Below are positions 35,096 through 43,385 of a DNA stretch of 64,000 nt, piece after piece. The translations under genes were made by a program, and so were the position numbers. This stretch comes from an uncultured Spirochaetales bacterium (GTDB taxonomy: Bacteria > Spirochaetota > Spirochaetia > SPDA01 > CAZSGZ01), in assembly GCA_964641125.1 (NCBI GenBank), contig CAZXMO010000003.1, positions 29,756-93,755 of the forward strand, given 5' to 3'. Below the pieces are notes generated by a model that ran no database searches, had not been told where the DNA came from, and saw nothing but the letters and a program-made list of their open reading frames with translations. Position 1 is the first letter of the stretch; each line of letters opens with the position of its first letter.

Positions 35096-36097
35096 TTACC
35101 TATACCCGCCCATGGTCAAGGCGAGAATTGCCTTCTCAGTATGCAGCCTGTTTTCCGCCTCGTCGAATATGATCGATTTGTCCGAATTGAGGACCTCGTC
35201 GGTCACCTCGGTATTACGGCTTATAGGCATGCAGTGCATGACCCGGGCGTCCTTCTTGGCCATATCCATGACCTTCTTGTCAACGATCCAATCCTTTTTA
35301 AGCTCGGCTTTCTTCTCCTGGAACTCGGGGTCCCCCTGGAAATGGGTCTCGAGACCCTTGGCGAAGACCTCGGGAGAAACCCAGGAATATACGTTGATAA
35401 AATCGGCGTCCTTCACCGCCTCGTCGTAACTGCGGACTATCTCCACTTTGCCTCCGGACAACTCGGCGGCATCGTCGGCGAGCTTCTTGACATTCATATC
35501 CGGATCGAACCCTTCCGGACAGGCTATGGAGAGATTGAATCCGAGTTTTCCCGCCATGAGCATTGTCGAGTTGGTGAGTCCCGCGGGGGGATTCGCCGTA
35601 CGGTATCCCCAGCAGAGCGCTACTTTGAGATCCCGGACCTGTCCCTTCTTTTCCTGCATGGTCAACACATCGGCAAAGGCCTGACAAGGATGCTCCACCG
35701 GACAGGATGCGTTGATAACCGGAATTCCCGAATACTCCACCGCCGAGTCGAGGCGGTCCCTTCGGACCGACCGGTACGCGATGCCGTCCAGGTACCTTTC
35801 GAGGGTTTTTATGGTGTCCCGCCAGTCCTCCTCCGCGGCTTCTCCCACCCAGAGCCTGTTCTGGTCGAGCCACAGCATGTGGCCCCCTAACTGCATCATC
35901 GCGGTCTCGAAGCTCACGCTCGTTCTCGTGGAAGGAGTCTCGAAGATACCTCCGAGGCTCTTACCCTCGAGGAGCCGATGCGCTCTTCCCGTCTTGAGCT
36001 CCCTTTTGAGCATGCTCGACACCTCGAGGATAAACTCGATCTGTTCCTTGTCTACGTCGGTAATTCCGGCTATCGATCTTCCCTTCAAATTATCCAT
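35096..36097 (-). CDS. Aspartate/ornithine carbamoyltransferase-superfamily enzyme of non-canonical (unknown) specificity
   Basis: The carbamoyl-phosphate motifs are present but altered: STRTS (not STRTR), HPCQ, HCMP. The OTC-specific DxxxSMG and GDGNN motifs are absent (WGYRTANPPAGLTNS instead). Confidence 0.7.
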   Translation of the reverse strand: MDNLKGRSIAGITDVDKEQIEFILEVSSMLKRELKTGRAHRLLEGKSLGGIFETPSTRTSVSFETAMMQLGGHMLWLDQNRLWVGEAAEEDWRDTIKTLERYLDGIAYRSVRRDRLDSAVEYSGIPVINASCPVEHPCQAFADVLTMQEKKGQVRDLKVALCWGYRTANPPAGLTNSTMLMAGKLGFNLSIACPEGFDPDMNVKKLADDAAELSGGKVEIVRSYDEAVKDADFINVYSWVSPEVFAKGLETHFQGDPEFQEKKAELKKDWIVDKKVMDMAKKDARVMHCMPISRNTEVTDEVLNSDKSIIFDEAENRLHTEKAILALTMGGYR

Positions 36098-37232
36098 CTA
36101 TTCCTCCTTCCATCAAATACTGCTTGACCTGGTCCACCGACCAGGAGGGATCCATCCCCATCTCCTCTATCGTCCTCCCGATCGAACGGAAGTCCTTGTC
36201 CAGAAGCCCCTCGGCGATGGTTATCACCGCGTCGGTGTACGGGGTGGGAACATCTAAGAGCCTCCCTAAGGACGAAAAGGTCACCAGCCCGTAGGGAACG
36301 TCCTCGGTCAGGTGGCGGGCTTCTAAGCTGTACGGCCCCTCGCAGACCTCGAGGAAGGGAGTATGGATGGCGTCGTAGAGGGGGAGCACGTAATCCTCCC
36401 CTCTAGGGTTCCACTTGACCATCATGATCTCCTCTTCCAAGGGATACTGCTTGAGTCCCAGCTTTTCGCCGATGGCCATCCGTTCCCGGTCGAGCTTCTC
36501 GATTAAGTTGACGATCCCCGGGGTGTTCTCCTTTTTTCCGAAGAGGAAAAAATCCTTCTCCCCCGATTCGATCCGTCCGGCGTTGCAAATCATCGGCGGG
36601 GTATGGGTTATGGCGTTGTAGTCTACCAAGATACTGTCGATGGCGTTCTGTCCGGCCCTCAGGGTATATCCGTGCTCTTCGGGATACAGCTTCAGGGCCG
36701 CCTCCATCACCCGGTCGATGTCCTTTCCGGGAAAACAGGCGATAATCAGGTTCTGCGTCCGGTTCTCGAGACGTACCTGATACCCCCCTTTCTTGGAAGC
36801 CCCGTAGGGAAGGGTATTGCAGTCGGCGAGATAGACCCGTGCTGAAACACCTTCCTCATTAAGGACCCGCGCCCAGGTCAGGGAAGCTCCCCCCTTTCCC
36901 AAATAGAGAACGATCTGCCCTTCTTCGAGGTGCGGCGCCGTCATCCTCGCGTACTCCTCACAGACAAAATAGGGGATGGGATTGACGATGACGTCGGCGC
37001 CCCGGACCGCCTCCGCGATATCGGAGGTAACGAGGGCGACCTTCCCGAACTTGCCGGTAGGCTTGCTGTCGATGTCGAGGATCTCGATCCCTCCCTTCTC
37101 CGCGACCCCCTCCAACTTCTCCGGGTTCCGGGAGAATAAAGCGACTTCATATCCCATGCCGGCAAAATCCGCCGCCGACATGAAACCTCCGCTCCCCGCC
37201 CCGAGGACGGCTATCTTTCGTATCTCTCTCAT
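36090..37232 (-). CDS. NAD(P)-dependent opine (octopine/nopaline) dehydrogenase-family oxidoreductase
   Basis: Rossmann KIAVLGAGSGG, then …ITHTPPMICNAG… and RHLTEDVPYGLV, typical of the opine-DH helical domain. Start chosen at ATG 37232 (AAGGAAGGA RBS). The longer track ORF is an Arg-rich over-extension. Confidence 0.7.
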   Translation of the reverse strand: MREIRKIAVLGAGSGGFMSAADFAGMGYEVALFSRNPEKLEGVAEKGGIEILDIDSKPTGKFGKVALVTSDIAEAVRGADVIVNPIPYFVCEEYARMTAPHLEEGQIVLYLGKGGASLTWARVLNEEGVSARVYLADCNTLPYGASKKGGYQVRLENRTQNLIIACFPGKDIDRVMEAALKLYPEEHGYTLRAGQNAIDSILVDYNAITHTPPMICNAGRIESGEKDFFLFGKKENTPGIVNLIEKLDRERMAIGEKLGLKQYPLEEEIMMVKWNPRGEDYVLPLYDAIHTPFLEVCEGPYSLEARHLTEDVPYGLVTFSSLGRLLDVPTPYTDAVITIAEGLLDKDFRSIGRTIEEMGMDPSWSVDQVKQYLMEGGIDG

Positions 37233-37246
37233 GATGTATCCTTCCT

Positions 37247-39004
37247 TTAGGACCTTTCGGACCTGAGTCCTGCTGTTTTTTCCTCGTCGATCTCGAACCG
37301 TTCGGTGTCCTCGAAGACCACCCCGTAGAGCGATTCGGCCCTCTCGACGGTGATTATTCCGTTTCTGACGTCCCTTCGTACCAATTCCGGGTCCCGGTCG
37401 AAGGGGTTCCCCCACCCGCCTCCGCCCGAGGGGTAGCTCGTATAGGTGTCCCCCTTCCCGAGGCGCACCGTTTCCTTCGCGGCGAGCTCCCGCTCCCTAT
37501 CGGTGCCTTCATTGATGTAGGCGAGATTGCACGATCCGGGAAGCCCTCCGAAGAGGCCGTAGGGGGGATGGATTTTTCCGTCCCCGAACATGACGAGGGT
37601 CGGCTCTTCGTCGTATACCCTGATCCGGTATTTGGCCCCGCACCCGCCGCGATACTCTCCCGCCCCGCAGGAATCGGGGGTAAACTCGTTGAACAGTGTC
37701 AGGTGGGGATAGTCCATCTCGTTGGTCTCGATATTCGGAGCGATAAGCCCTCCCAGATCGATGCCGTCGCCTATGTAATGACGGCCGTCCATCCCCTTCA
37801 TCCCCCCGGCACCGCCGAAGCCGTTGAATCCGAACATGACGTAGAACCCCTTACTCCGCGGATCGATACCGGTAATAGTCGGTCCGTTCCACCTGTTCCA
37901 TCCCGCCGGTACCCGGTCGGGAAGGACCAGGGATAGGGCCTGCCAGCAGGCCTCCAATATGGCACAGGCGGTGTCCAGGGTGCACGAGGCGACCGGCGCC
38001 GGAAACCGGGGATTCACCACAGACCCCTCCGGCGCGGTTATACGGATGGGTCTGTAGGCCCCTTCGTTGTGAGGGATATCCGGAGTGGTGACGGTGGTCA
38101 GAAAAGATACGTAAACGCAGGTGGCGGTATTGGCCATCGGCGAGTTGACGAATCCCGTTACCTGGGGATCGGAGCCTTCGAAATCGACGGAGGCCTCGTC
38201 CCCCTTCACCGTAATGCTCACCCGTATCCGGATGGGATCGTCGGAAAATCCGTCCGAATCGAGAAAACTCTCGCCGATGTAGGTCCCGTCGGCAAGCTTC
38301 TCGATCTCCCCCCGCATCCGGCGTTCAGCGTACTGGTGTATCTCTTCGATGGTATCTCGGGTCTTTCGAACCCCATACTTGCCGATCAGATCGATGATCC
38401 GACGCTCCGCCACCCTGCAGGATGCGACCATGGCCTTCAGGTCGACCCATAGGTCGTCGGGCATCCGGGTGTTCAGGCGGATCATGTTGATCACGTCCAT
38501 GATAGGCTCTTCCTTCGCGTAGATCCGGACCGGGGGAATCCGTATTCCCTCGTGGAAGAGCTCAGTCGCCTGAGGGCAGTAGGACCCCGGCTCCATCCCT
38601 CCGACGTCGCCGTGATGGGCACGATTGATGGCGATAAATTGGAGCTCGCCGTCGTAGAAAACCGGCTTCATCACCGTCACGTCCTGGAGGTGGGTACCCC
38701 CGAGGTAGGGATCGTTCAGGACAAAGACATCTCCCGGGTTGATATCGCCGCCGAAATGGCGGCTCACCGCCTTGACCGCCTCCATGGCCGACGCGGTGTG
38801 GCTGGGGACCCCGTCGATCTGAGCGACGATACGGTTGTCCCAGTCGCACAGGGCGCAGGAGAAATCGTGGACCTCGGCGAAGATCGGAGAGATAGAGGTA
38901 TTCACCATGGTAATCCCCATCTCCTGATTTATGGTCAAGAGGCGGTTGTAGATAACCGAAAGGGTTATCGGATCGTGGGCGCCTTCGAACTCTTTCTTTC
39001 TCAT
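37247..39004 (-). CDS. hyuB: Hydantoinase B / oxoprolinase-family subunit (HyuB-like)
   Basis: 585 aa. DPITLSVIYNRLLTINQEMG…HDFSCAL… is typical of the Hydantoinase_B family. ATGA overlap with hyuA. Confidence 0.8.
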   Translation of the reverse strand: MRKKEFEGAHDPITLSVIYNRLLTINQEMGITMVNTSISPIFAEVHDFSCALCDWDNRIVAQIDGVPSHTASAMEAVKAVSRHFGGDINPGDVFVLNDPYLGGTHLQDVTVMKPVFYDGELQFIAINRAHHGDVGGMEPGSYCPQATELFHEGIRIPPVRIYAKEEPIMDVINMIRLNTRMPDDLWVDLKAMVASCRVAERRIIDLIGKYGVRKTRDTIEEIHQYAERRMRGEIEKLADGTYIGESFLDSDGFSDDPIRIRVSITVKGDEASVDFEGSDPQVTGFVNSPMANTATCVYVSFLTTVTTPDIPHNEGAYRPIRITAPEGSVVNPRFPAPVASCTLDTACAILEACWQALSLVLPDRVPAGWNRWNGPTITGIDPRSKGFYVMFGFNGFGGAGGMKGMDGRHYIGDGIDLGGLIAPNIETNEMDYPHLTLFNEFTPDSCGAGEYRGGCGAKYRIRVYDEEPTLVMFGDGKIHPPYGLFGGLPGSCNLAYINEGTDRERELAAKETVRLGKGDTYTSYPSGGGGWGNPFDRDPELVRRDVRNGIITVERAESLYGVVFEDTERFEIDEEKTAGLRSERS

Positions 39005-41070
39005 TTCGCGGCCTCCATGATGATATTGCCGTACCCGTCGATCCAGGCCTCCCAGCCGGGATGAACGATCACCGTGGTGATCCTCTCTTCGATGACAGCG
39101 GGTCCCGAAATCCGGTTCCCCGCCTGGAGCTTCGTCCTGTCGAAAACCGGGGTGGCTACGAAATCGCTCTTTCCCGCGAAGTAGACATCGCGGCGCCCCT
39201 TCTCCGCCGCCGAAGCATCTTCGCTCCCCTTCTCCTCCTCGGTTATTACCGCCTTGTCCACGGCCCCCACCGCTGTGATGCGGAGGTTTATGATCTCCAG
39301 AGGAGTTTCGGGAGTGGAGTAGGTATAGAGCTTTTCGTGAGCATCATGAAAGGTCCCGGCGATCTCCTCGAGGTGGCGGTCGGCGAGTTCGGTTCCGGAG
39401 GGGATTTCCACGGTCACCTCGTGGTGCTGTCCGGCATACCTGATGTCGGCGAACCGGAGGAGACGTGCCCGTCTCTTTTCGACCCCTTCTTGAAGGAGCT
39501 CTTCGAGGGCCTGTGACTCCGTTGTCCGTATCACTTCGTTCAGATCGCCCAGATCGAGCCCGGGAATAGTCCCGAAATACGATTTGACGCTGTCCAAACG
39601 TATGTCCGATTCGAGCATCCCCAAGGCGCAGAATACCGACGCCGCCTTCGGAACCAGCACCCGGGTAGAGCCCACTTCTTCGGCAATTCTGCAGCTGTGA
39701 ATCGAGCAGGCCCCGCCGGCACTGACAAGGGTATATTCCCTCGGATCGTGCCCCCGCTGAACGCTCACGACCTTGGCGGCGTCGGCCATGTTCTGATTGA
39801 TGATCTCGAAGATACCCGCCGCGGCCTCGGTTGACGACATTCCCAAGGGTTCGGCGATCTTTTCCCGCACCGATGCCTCCGCCTTCTCCGCGTTCACCTT
39901 CATCTCTCCGCCTAAGAAAAAGTCCTTGTTCAGGTACCCCAAAAGGAGATTGGCGTCGGTCACCGTGGGCTCGGTGCCCCCCGAATCATAGCAGACGGGC
40001 CCGGGATCGGAGCCCGCCGAGGCGGGACCTACCCGGAGCATTCCCCCCTTGTCGATCCAGGCAACCGAACCGCCGCCGGCGCCGACGGTATTGATATCGA
40101 TCATGGGCTTAGCCACACGATAGCCCGCGATCTCCCCCTCGGTGCTCAAGGTTACCCGGCCGTTGTTGATAAGGGTCACATCGAAAGAGGTCCCCCCCAT
40201 GTCCATGAGAATCAAATTCCCGCGGTCCAAGAGCTCGGCGAAGTATACCGCCCCCACGGCGCCTGCGGCGGGACCCGAGAGGAGGGTCGCCGAGGCGTGC
40301 CGCACGGCGGTTTCCGCGGTCATGACTCCGCCGTTAGACGCGGTCACGTAGAAGGCCCTTTGCAGTCCGTCCGATTTGAGGTTCTTTTCCAAATTGGAAA
40401 GATACACCGTCAGCCGCGGACCCACGTAGGCATTCGCCGCTGTCGTGGAGCTCCGCTCGTACTCCCGTATCTGCGGAAGGACCTCCGAGGAAATCGAAAC
40501 GAAGGCGTCGGGCATCTCTTCGAGGAGGATCTCACGGATCCGCAGTTCGTGTTCGGGGTTGAGGAATGAGAACAGGGTAACCACGGCAACGGCCCCTACC
40601 CCTTCCGCTTTGAACTTTCCGCAGGCCCTGCGGACCGATTCTTCGTCGAGGGGAGTCACCGCGGTTCCCGTGGAATCTATCCGCTCCGTCACTCCGAGGC
40701 GTAGATACCGGGGGACCAGCGGATCGGGGGCCTTCAGAAAGAGGTCCCAGATATTTTCCTTGTGAGCCCGGCGCATTTCGAGGGAATCCCTGAAGCCTTC
40801 TGTACAGACAAGACCGGTCACCGCGCCGGTGCCGGTCAGGAGCGTGTTCGTCGCCACCGTGGTGCCGTGGGCGAAGAAATCGAGCTTAGCGAGGAAGGCC
40901 GACAAATCGTCGCCGAAGGAGGCGGCGGCCTTCGCAATCACGTTGTATACGCCTACGGCCGGGTTCTCCGGCGTCGATAACTCCTTGAAGGTATGGACCT
41001 TCCCCGTTTCATCTATGACGACGCAGTCGGTGAAGGTCCCGCCGGTGTCGACACCCATACGCAGCTTCAT
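39001..41070 (-). CDS. hyuA: Hydantoinase A / oxoprolinase-family ATP-dependent subunit (HyuA-like)
   Basis: MKLRMGVDTGGTFTDCVV (actin-fold ATPase), …MDMGGTSFDV…. 689 aa from ATG 41070, which has a GGAGGGG RBS. Confidence 0.8.
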   Translation of the reverse strand: MKLRMGVDTGGTFTDCVVIDETGKVHTFKELSTPENPAVGVYNVIAKAAASFGDDLSAFLAKLDFFAHGTTVATNTLLTGTGAVTGLVCTEGFRDSLEMRRAHKENIWDLFLKAPDPLVPRYLRLGVTERIDSTGTAVTPLDEESVRRACGKFKAEGVGAVAVVTLFSFLNPEHELRIREILLEEMPDAFVSISSEVLPQIREYERSSTTAANAYVGPRLTVYLSNLEKNLKSDGLQRAFYVTASNGGVMTAETAVRHASATLLSGPAAGAVGAVYFAELLDRGNLILMDMGGTSFDVTLINNGRVTLSTEGEIAGYRVAKPMIDINTVGAGGGSVAWIDKGGMLRVGPASAGSDPGPVCYDSGGTEPTVTDANLLLGYLNKDFFLGGEMKVNAEKAEASVREKIAEPLGMSSTEAAAGIFEIINQNMADAAKVVSVQRGHDPREYTLVSAGGACSIHSCRIAEEVGSTRVLVPKAASVFCALGMLESDIRLDSVKSYFGTIPGLDLGDLNEVIRTTESQALEELLQEGVEKRRARLLRFADIRYAGQHHEVTVEIPSGTELADRHLEEIAGTFHDAHEKLYTYSTPETPLEIINLRITAVGAVDKAVITEEEKGSEDASAAEKGRRDVYFAGKSDFVATPVFDRTKLQAGNRISGPAVIEERITTVIVHPGWEAWIDGYGNIIMEAAK

Positions 41071-41107
41071 GTACCCCTCCGTTGCTCTATCCTTCGCATA
41101 AATACGC

Positions 41108-41836
41108 TCAAAAAAGGTCTTCCTGCAGGACCCTGATGTGCTCCTGCATCTCCTTCCGGGCAAGGTCTCCGTTTCCTTCCCAGATAGCCCTAAATATACA
41201 TGTGTGTTCTTTATGATAATTCTCGAGGTTTCCCTCTTTGAGGATGCTCTTCATCTTCATACCCTTCCAGTGGGTTTCCTTCATCATGAAATTGACCCCG
41301 GAGAAGACCATATACAGGACGTTATTGTGGGCGAACCGGCCGATGTCGAGATGAAACAGCCGGTCCTCCTCCATATACCCTTCGATTATGTCCTGTAAGG
41401 TGGCGGTGCCGTTCAGGACCTGAAAGCTCAAGCTGTTCAGAGCCTCGAGCCTTACCCGCAAAGCCTCTTTCTCCTCGGCGGTGGCCCGTTCCGCGGCAAG
41501 GGCGGCCATGTTCGGCTCGATCTCCAGCCGCGCCTCGAATATCTCGTAGGGATCGTGGTCCCGTAAAAGAGAGCTCAAGAGCTCGCCGTCGATCGATCCG
41601 CTCGAGCCGTCGGCACGGATAAAGTTGCCCTGCCCGCTCCGGCATTCGATAATGCCGAGAATCTCCAACGCGCTCAAGGCCTCCCGGATACTCGCCCGGG
41701 AAGTCCCGAACTGCACCGCTAAAGCCCTTTCCGCGGGCAGCTTGTCTCCGATCTTGAGTTTCCCGGCGATAATTTGATCGCGGATCTGCTTCGCGATCTG
41801 CATATAGTACTTTTGAGGCTGTACGTGCTTGAACAT
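41108..41836 (-). CDS. GntR/FadR-family transcriptional regulator
   Basis: Winged HTH (LPAERALAVQFGTSRASIREALSALE) plus a FadR-type FCD C-domain. Start preferred at ATG 41836 (GAAGAGGGA RBS). The upstream in-frame codons contain a promoter and an operator. Confidence 0.8.
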   Translation of the reverse strand: MFKHVQPQKYYMQIAKQIRDQIIAGKLKIGDKLPAERALAVQFGTSRASIREALSALEILGIIECRSGQGNFIRADGSSGSIDGELLSSLLRDHDPYEIFEARLEIEPNMAALAAERATAEEKEALRVRLEALNSLSFQVLNGTATLQDIIEGYMEEDRLFHLDIGRFAHNNVLYMVFSGVNFMMKETHWKGMKMKSILKEGNLENYHKEHTCIFRAIWEGNGDLARKEMQEHIRVLQEDLF

Positions 41837-41851
41837 TCCCTCTTCCATCAG

Positions 41852-41869
41852 TGGTATAGCGGCCTGACC
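41852..41869. promoter_or_regulatory. Candidate GntR operator O1: GTGGT-N8-CTGACC (GTGGTATAGCGGCCTGACC)
   Basis: Lies between the predicted gntR promoter -10 and the gntR RBS. It shares both 5-6 nt arms and the spacing with the site at 42006-42024. Confidence 0.45.
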
Positions 41870-41879
41870 GCGACGATTT

Positions 41880-41908
41880 ATGGTAAGGGCATCATGTAAA
41901 TATGTCAA
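41880..41908 (-). promoter_or_regulatory. Candidate sigma70 promoter TTGACA-N17-TACCAT for the gntR-hyu-grd array
   Basis: Perfect -35 (41903-41908 on the minus strand), 17-nt spacer, 4/6 -10. Confidence 0.4.
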
Positions 41909-41969
41909 CATATTTCTTCAAAATTAGCCAATATTAGATATATTAGAGTTAATAATAGAGAGATTCTTA

Positions 41970-41998
41970 TTGACAGCTCGCAAAAAGGCCCGTATCCT
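41970..41998 (+). promoter_or_regulatory. Candidate sigma70 promoter TTGACA-N17-TATCCT for the aminotransferase-arcC-xdhC arm
   Basis: The TTG that the ORF track uses as a start codon (41970) is the first base of a perfect TTGACA. The real start is better placed at ATG 42051, which has a GGAGG RBS. Confidence 0.45.
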
Positions 41999-42005
41999 AA
42001 AAGCC

Positions 42006-42024
42006 GTGGTCAGGCCAGCTGACC
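42006..42024. promoter_or_regulatory. Candidate GntR operator O2: GTGGTCAGGCCAGCTGACC (inverted repeat GGTCAG-N5-CTGACC)
   Basis: A perfect 6-bp inverted repeat immediately downstream of the predicted -10/TSS. It fits the GntR-family GT-Nx-AC operator logic. Confidence 0.5.
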
Positions 42025-42050
42025 CAGTACTTAACCTTCTGGAGGTTTGC

Positions 42051-43385
42051 ATGGGTTATACAGGCCCCAAAATCGTCGTCCCGCCGCCCGGCCCGAAAGC
42101 CCGGGATATTATCGAAAGAGATGAGAAACTCCTCTCCCCTTCTCTTTCCCGGAGCGCTCCTCTCGTGGGCGAAAGGGCGGAAGGGGTTTTCGTCGAAGAT
42201 CCCGACGGAAATGTCTATCTCGATTTCGGCTCGGGAATCGCCGTCACCGGTCTCGGACACCGGCACCCGAGAGTCATCGAAGCGGTCAAGAGGCAGCTCG
42301 ATAAGCTCGTCTTCGTCAACAGCCTCGATTACTACACCGCATCACAGGTCGAATACGCGGAAATGCTCCTCCCCCGAACCCCCGGGGATTTCGCGAAACG
42401 TATCTTTCTCTGTAACAGCGGGAGCGAGACCATCGATACCGCTATCAAAATGGCCAAGTGGCACACCCGACGAGGCTACGGAATTGGATTCATAAACGGC
42501 TTTCACGGAAGGACCATGGGAGCGGTAAGCTTCACCACCACGGGTCTCACCGCCCGGAGGGGTTTCTTTCCCCTCTATCCGATAGGACATTTCACCCCCT
42601 ACCCCAATTGCTATAGGTGCCTCTTCAACCGGGAGTATCCCTCCTGTGATGTCGCCTGCCTCGATTATCTGACCGATGTTATCTTCAAGAAGATCGTCCC
42701 CCCCGACGAGACCGCTTTCATCCTCTTCGAACCGGTTCAGGGGGCCGGGGGCTATATCGTTCCGCCGAGGGAGTTCTTCACCCGGCTCACCGAAATTGCC
42801 CGGGAGCACGGAATACTTTTGATCGCGGACGAGGTGCAGACCGGTTTCGGCAGAACAGGCAAGATGTTCGCCTGCGAGCACTTTGGGATGGTCCCCGACA
42901 TCATTACTATGTCAAAGACCTTTGCCAACGGTTTCCCCGCCGGTGCCGCGGTAGCCAGGGCGGAAGTCATGGACTGGGTGGACAATGCCCATGAAGGGAC
43001 CTTGAACGGGGGCCCGGTGATCATGGAAGCGGCAAAAGCGGTATTGCACGTAATCGATGAAGAACAGCTCCTCAAACGCTCGGCGGAGCTCGGATCCTAC
43101 ATGCGGGAACAGCTCCTCTCCATGCGGGAAAGACATCCCCTGATAGGAGATGTCCGCGGCTTAGGGATCATGCTCGGTATCGAGCTCGTCCGGGACGCGA
43201 AGAAAACCCCCGCCAAAGAGGAACGGGACCGGCTTCTCTCGTCCGCCTTTACCAAGGGGCTCCTTCTCCTCGGAGCCGGTAAGTCCTCGATCCGGCTGGC
43301 GCCGCCTATGGTAATTACCCGAGAGCAGATAGATACGGGGCTCACCATTCTCGAGGATTGTCTTGAGGAGATCGAAAAACAATGA
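42051..43385 (+). CDS. Class III PLP-dependent aminotransferase (GABA/ornithine/omega-amino acid type)
   Basis: …DFGSGIAVTGLGHRHP…, LIADEVQTGFGRTGKMFA, and TMSKTF containing the PLP lysine. 444 aa from ATG 42051. Confidence 0.8.
   Translation: MGYTGPKIVVPPPGPKARDIIERDEKLLSPSLSRSAPLVGERAEGVFVEDPDGNVYLDFGSGIAVTGLGHRHPRVIEAVKRQLDKLVFVNSLDYYTASQVEYAEMLLPRTPGDFAKRIFLCNSGSETIDTAIKMAKWHTRRGYGIGFINGFHGRTMGAVSFTTTGLTARRGFFPLYPIGHFTPYPNCYRCLFNREYPSCDVACLDYLTDVIFKKIVPPDETAFILFEPVQGAGGYIVPPREFFTRLTEIAREHGILLIADEVQTGFGRTGKMFACEHFGMVPDIITMSKTFANGFPAGAAVARAEVMDWVDNAHEGTLNGGPVIMEAAKAVLHVIDEEQLLKRSAELGSYMREQLLSMRERHPLIGDVRGLGIMLGIELVRDAKKTPAKEERDRLLSSAFTKGLLLLGAGKSSIRLAPPMVITREQIDTGLTILEDCLEEIEKQ

Noticed and set aside
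41970-42050. TTG start at 41970 for the aminotransferase, and ATG 41911 for the GntR regulator.
   Set aside because: In both cases the supposed start codon region coincides with a perfect TTGACA -35 hexamer (the TTG at 41970 is its first three bases; the ATG at 41911 immediately precedes it). The added N-terminal residues do not resemble the respective families. Downstream ATGs (42051 and 41836) have good RBSs and give family-typical N-termini.
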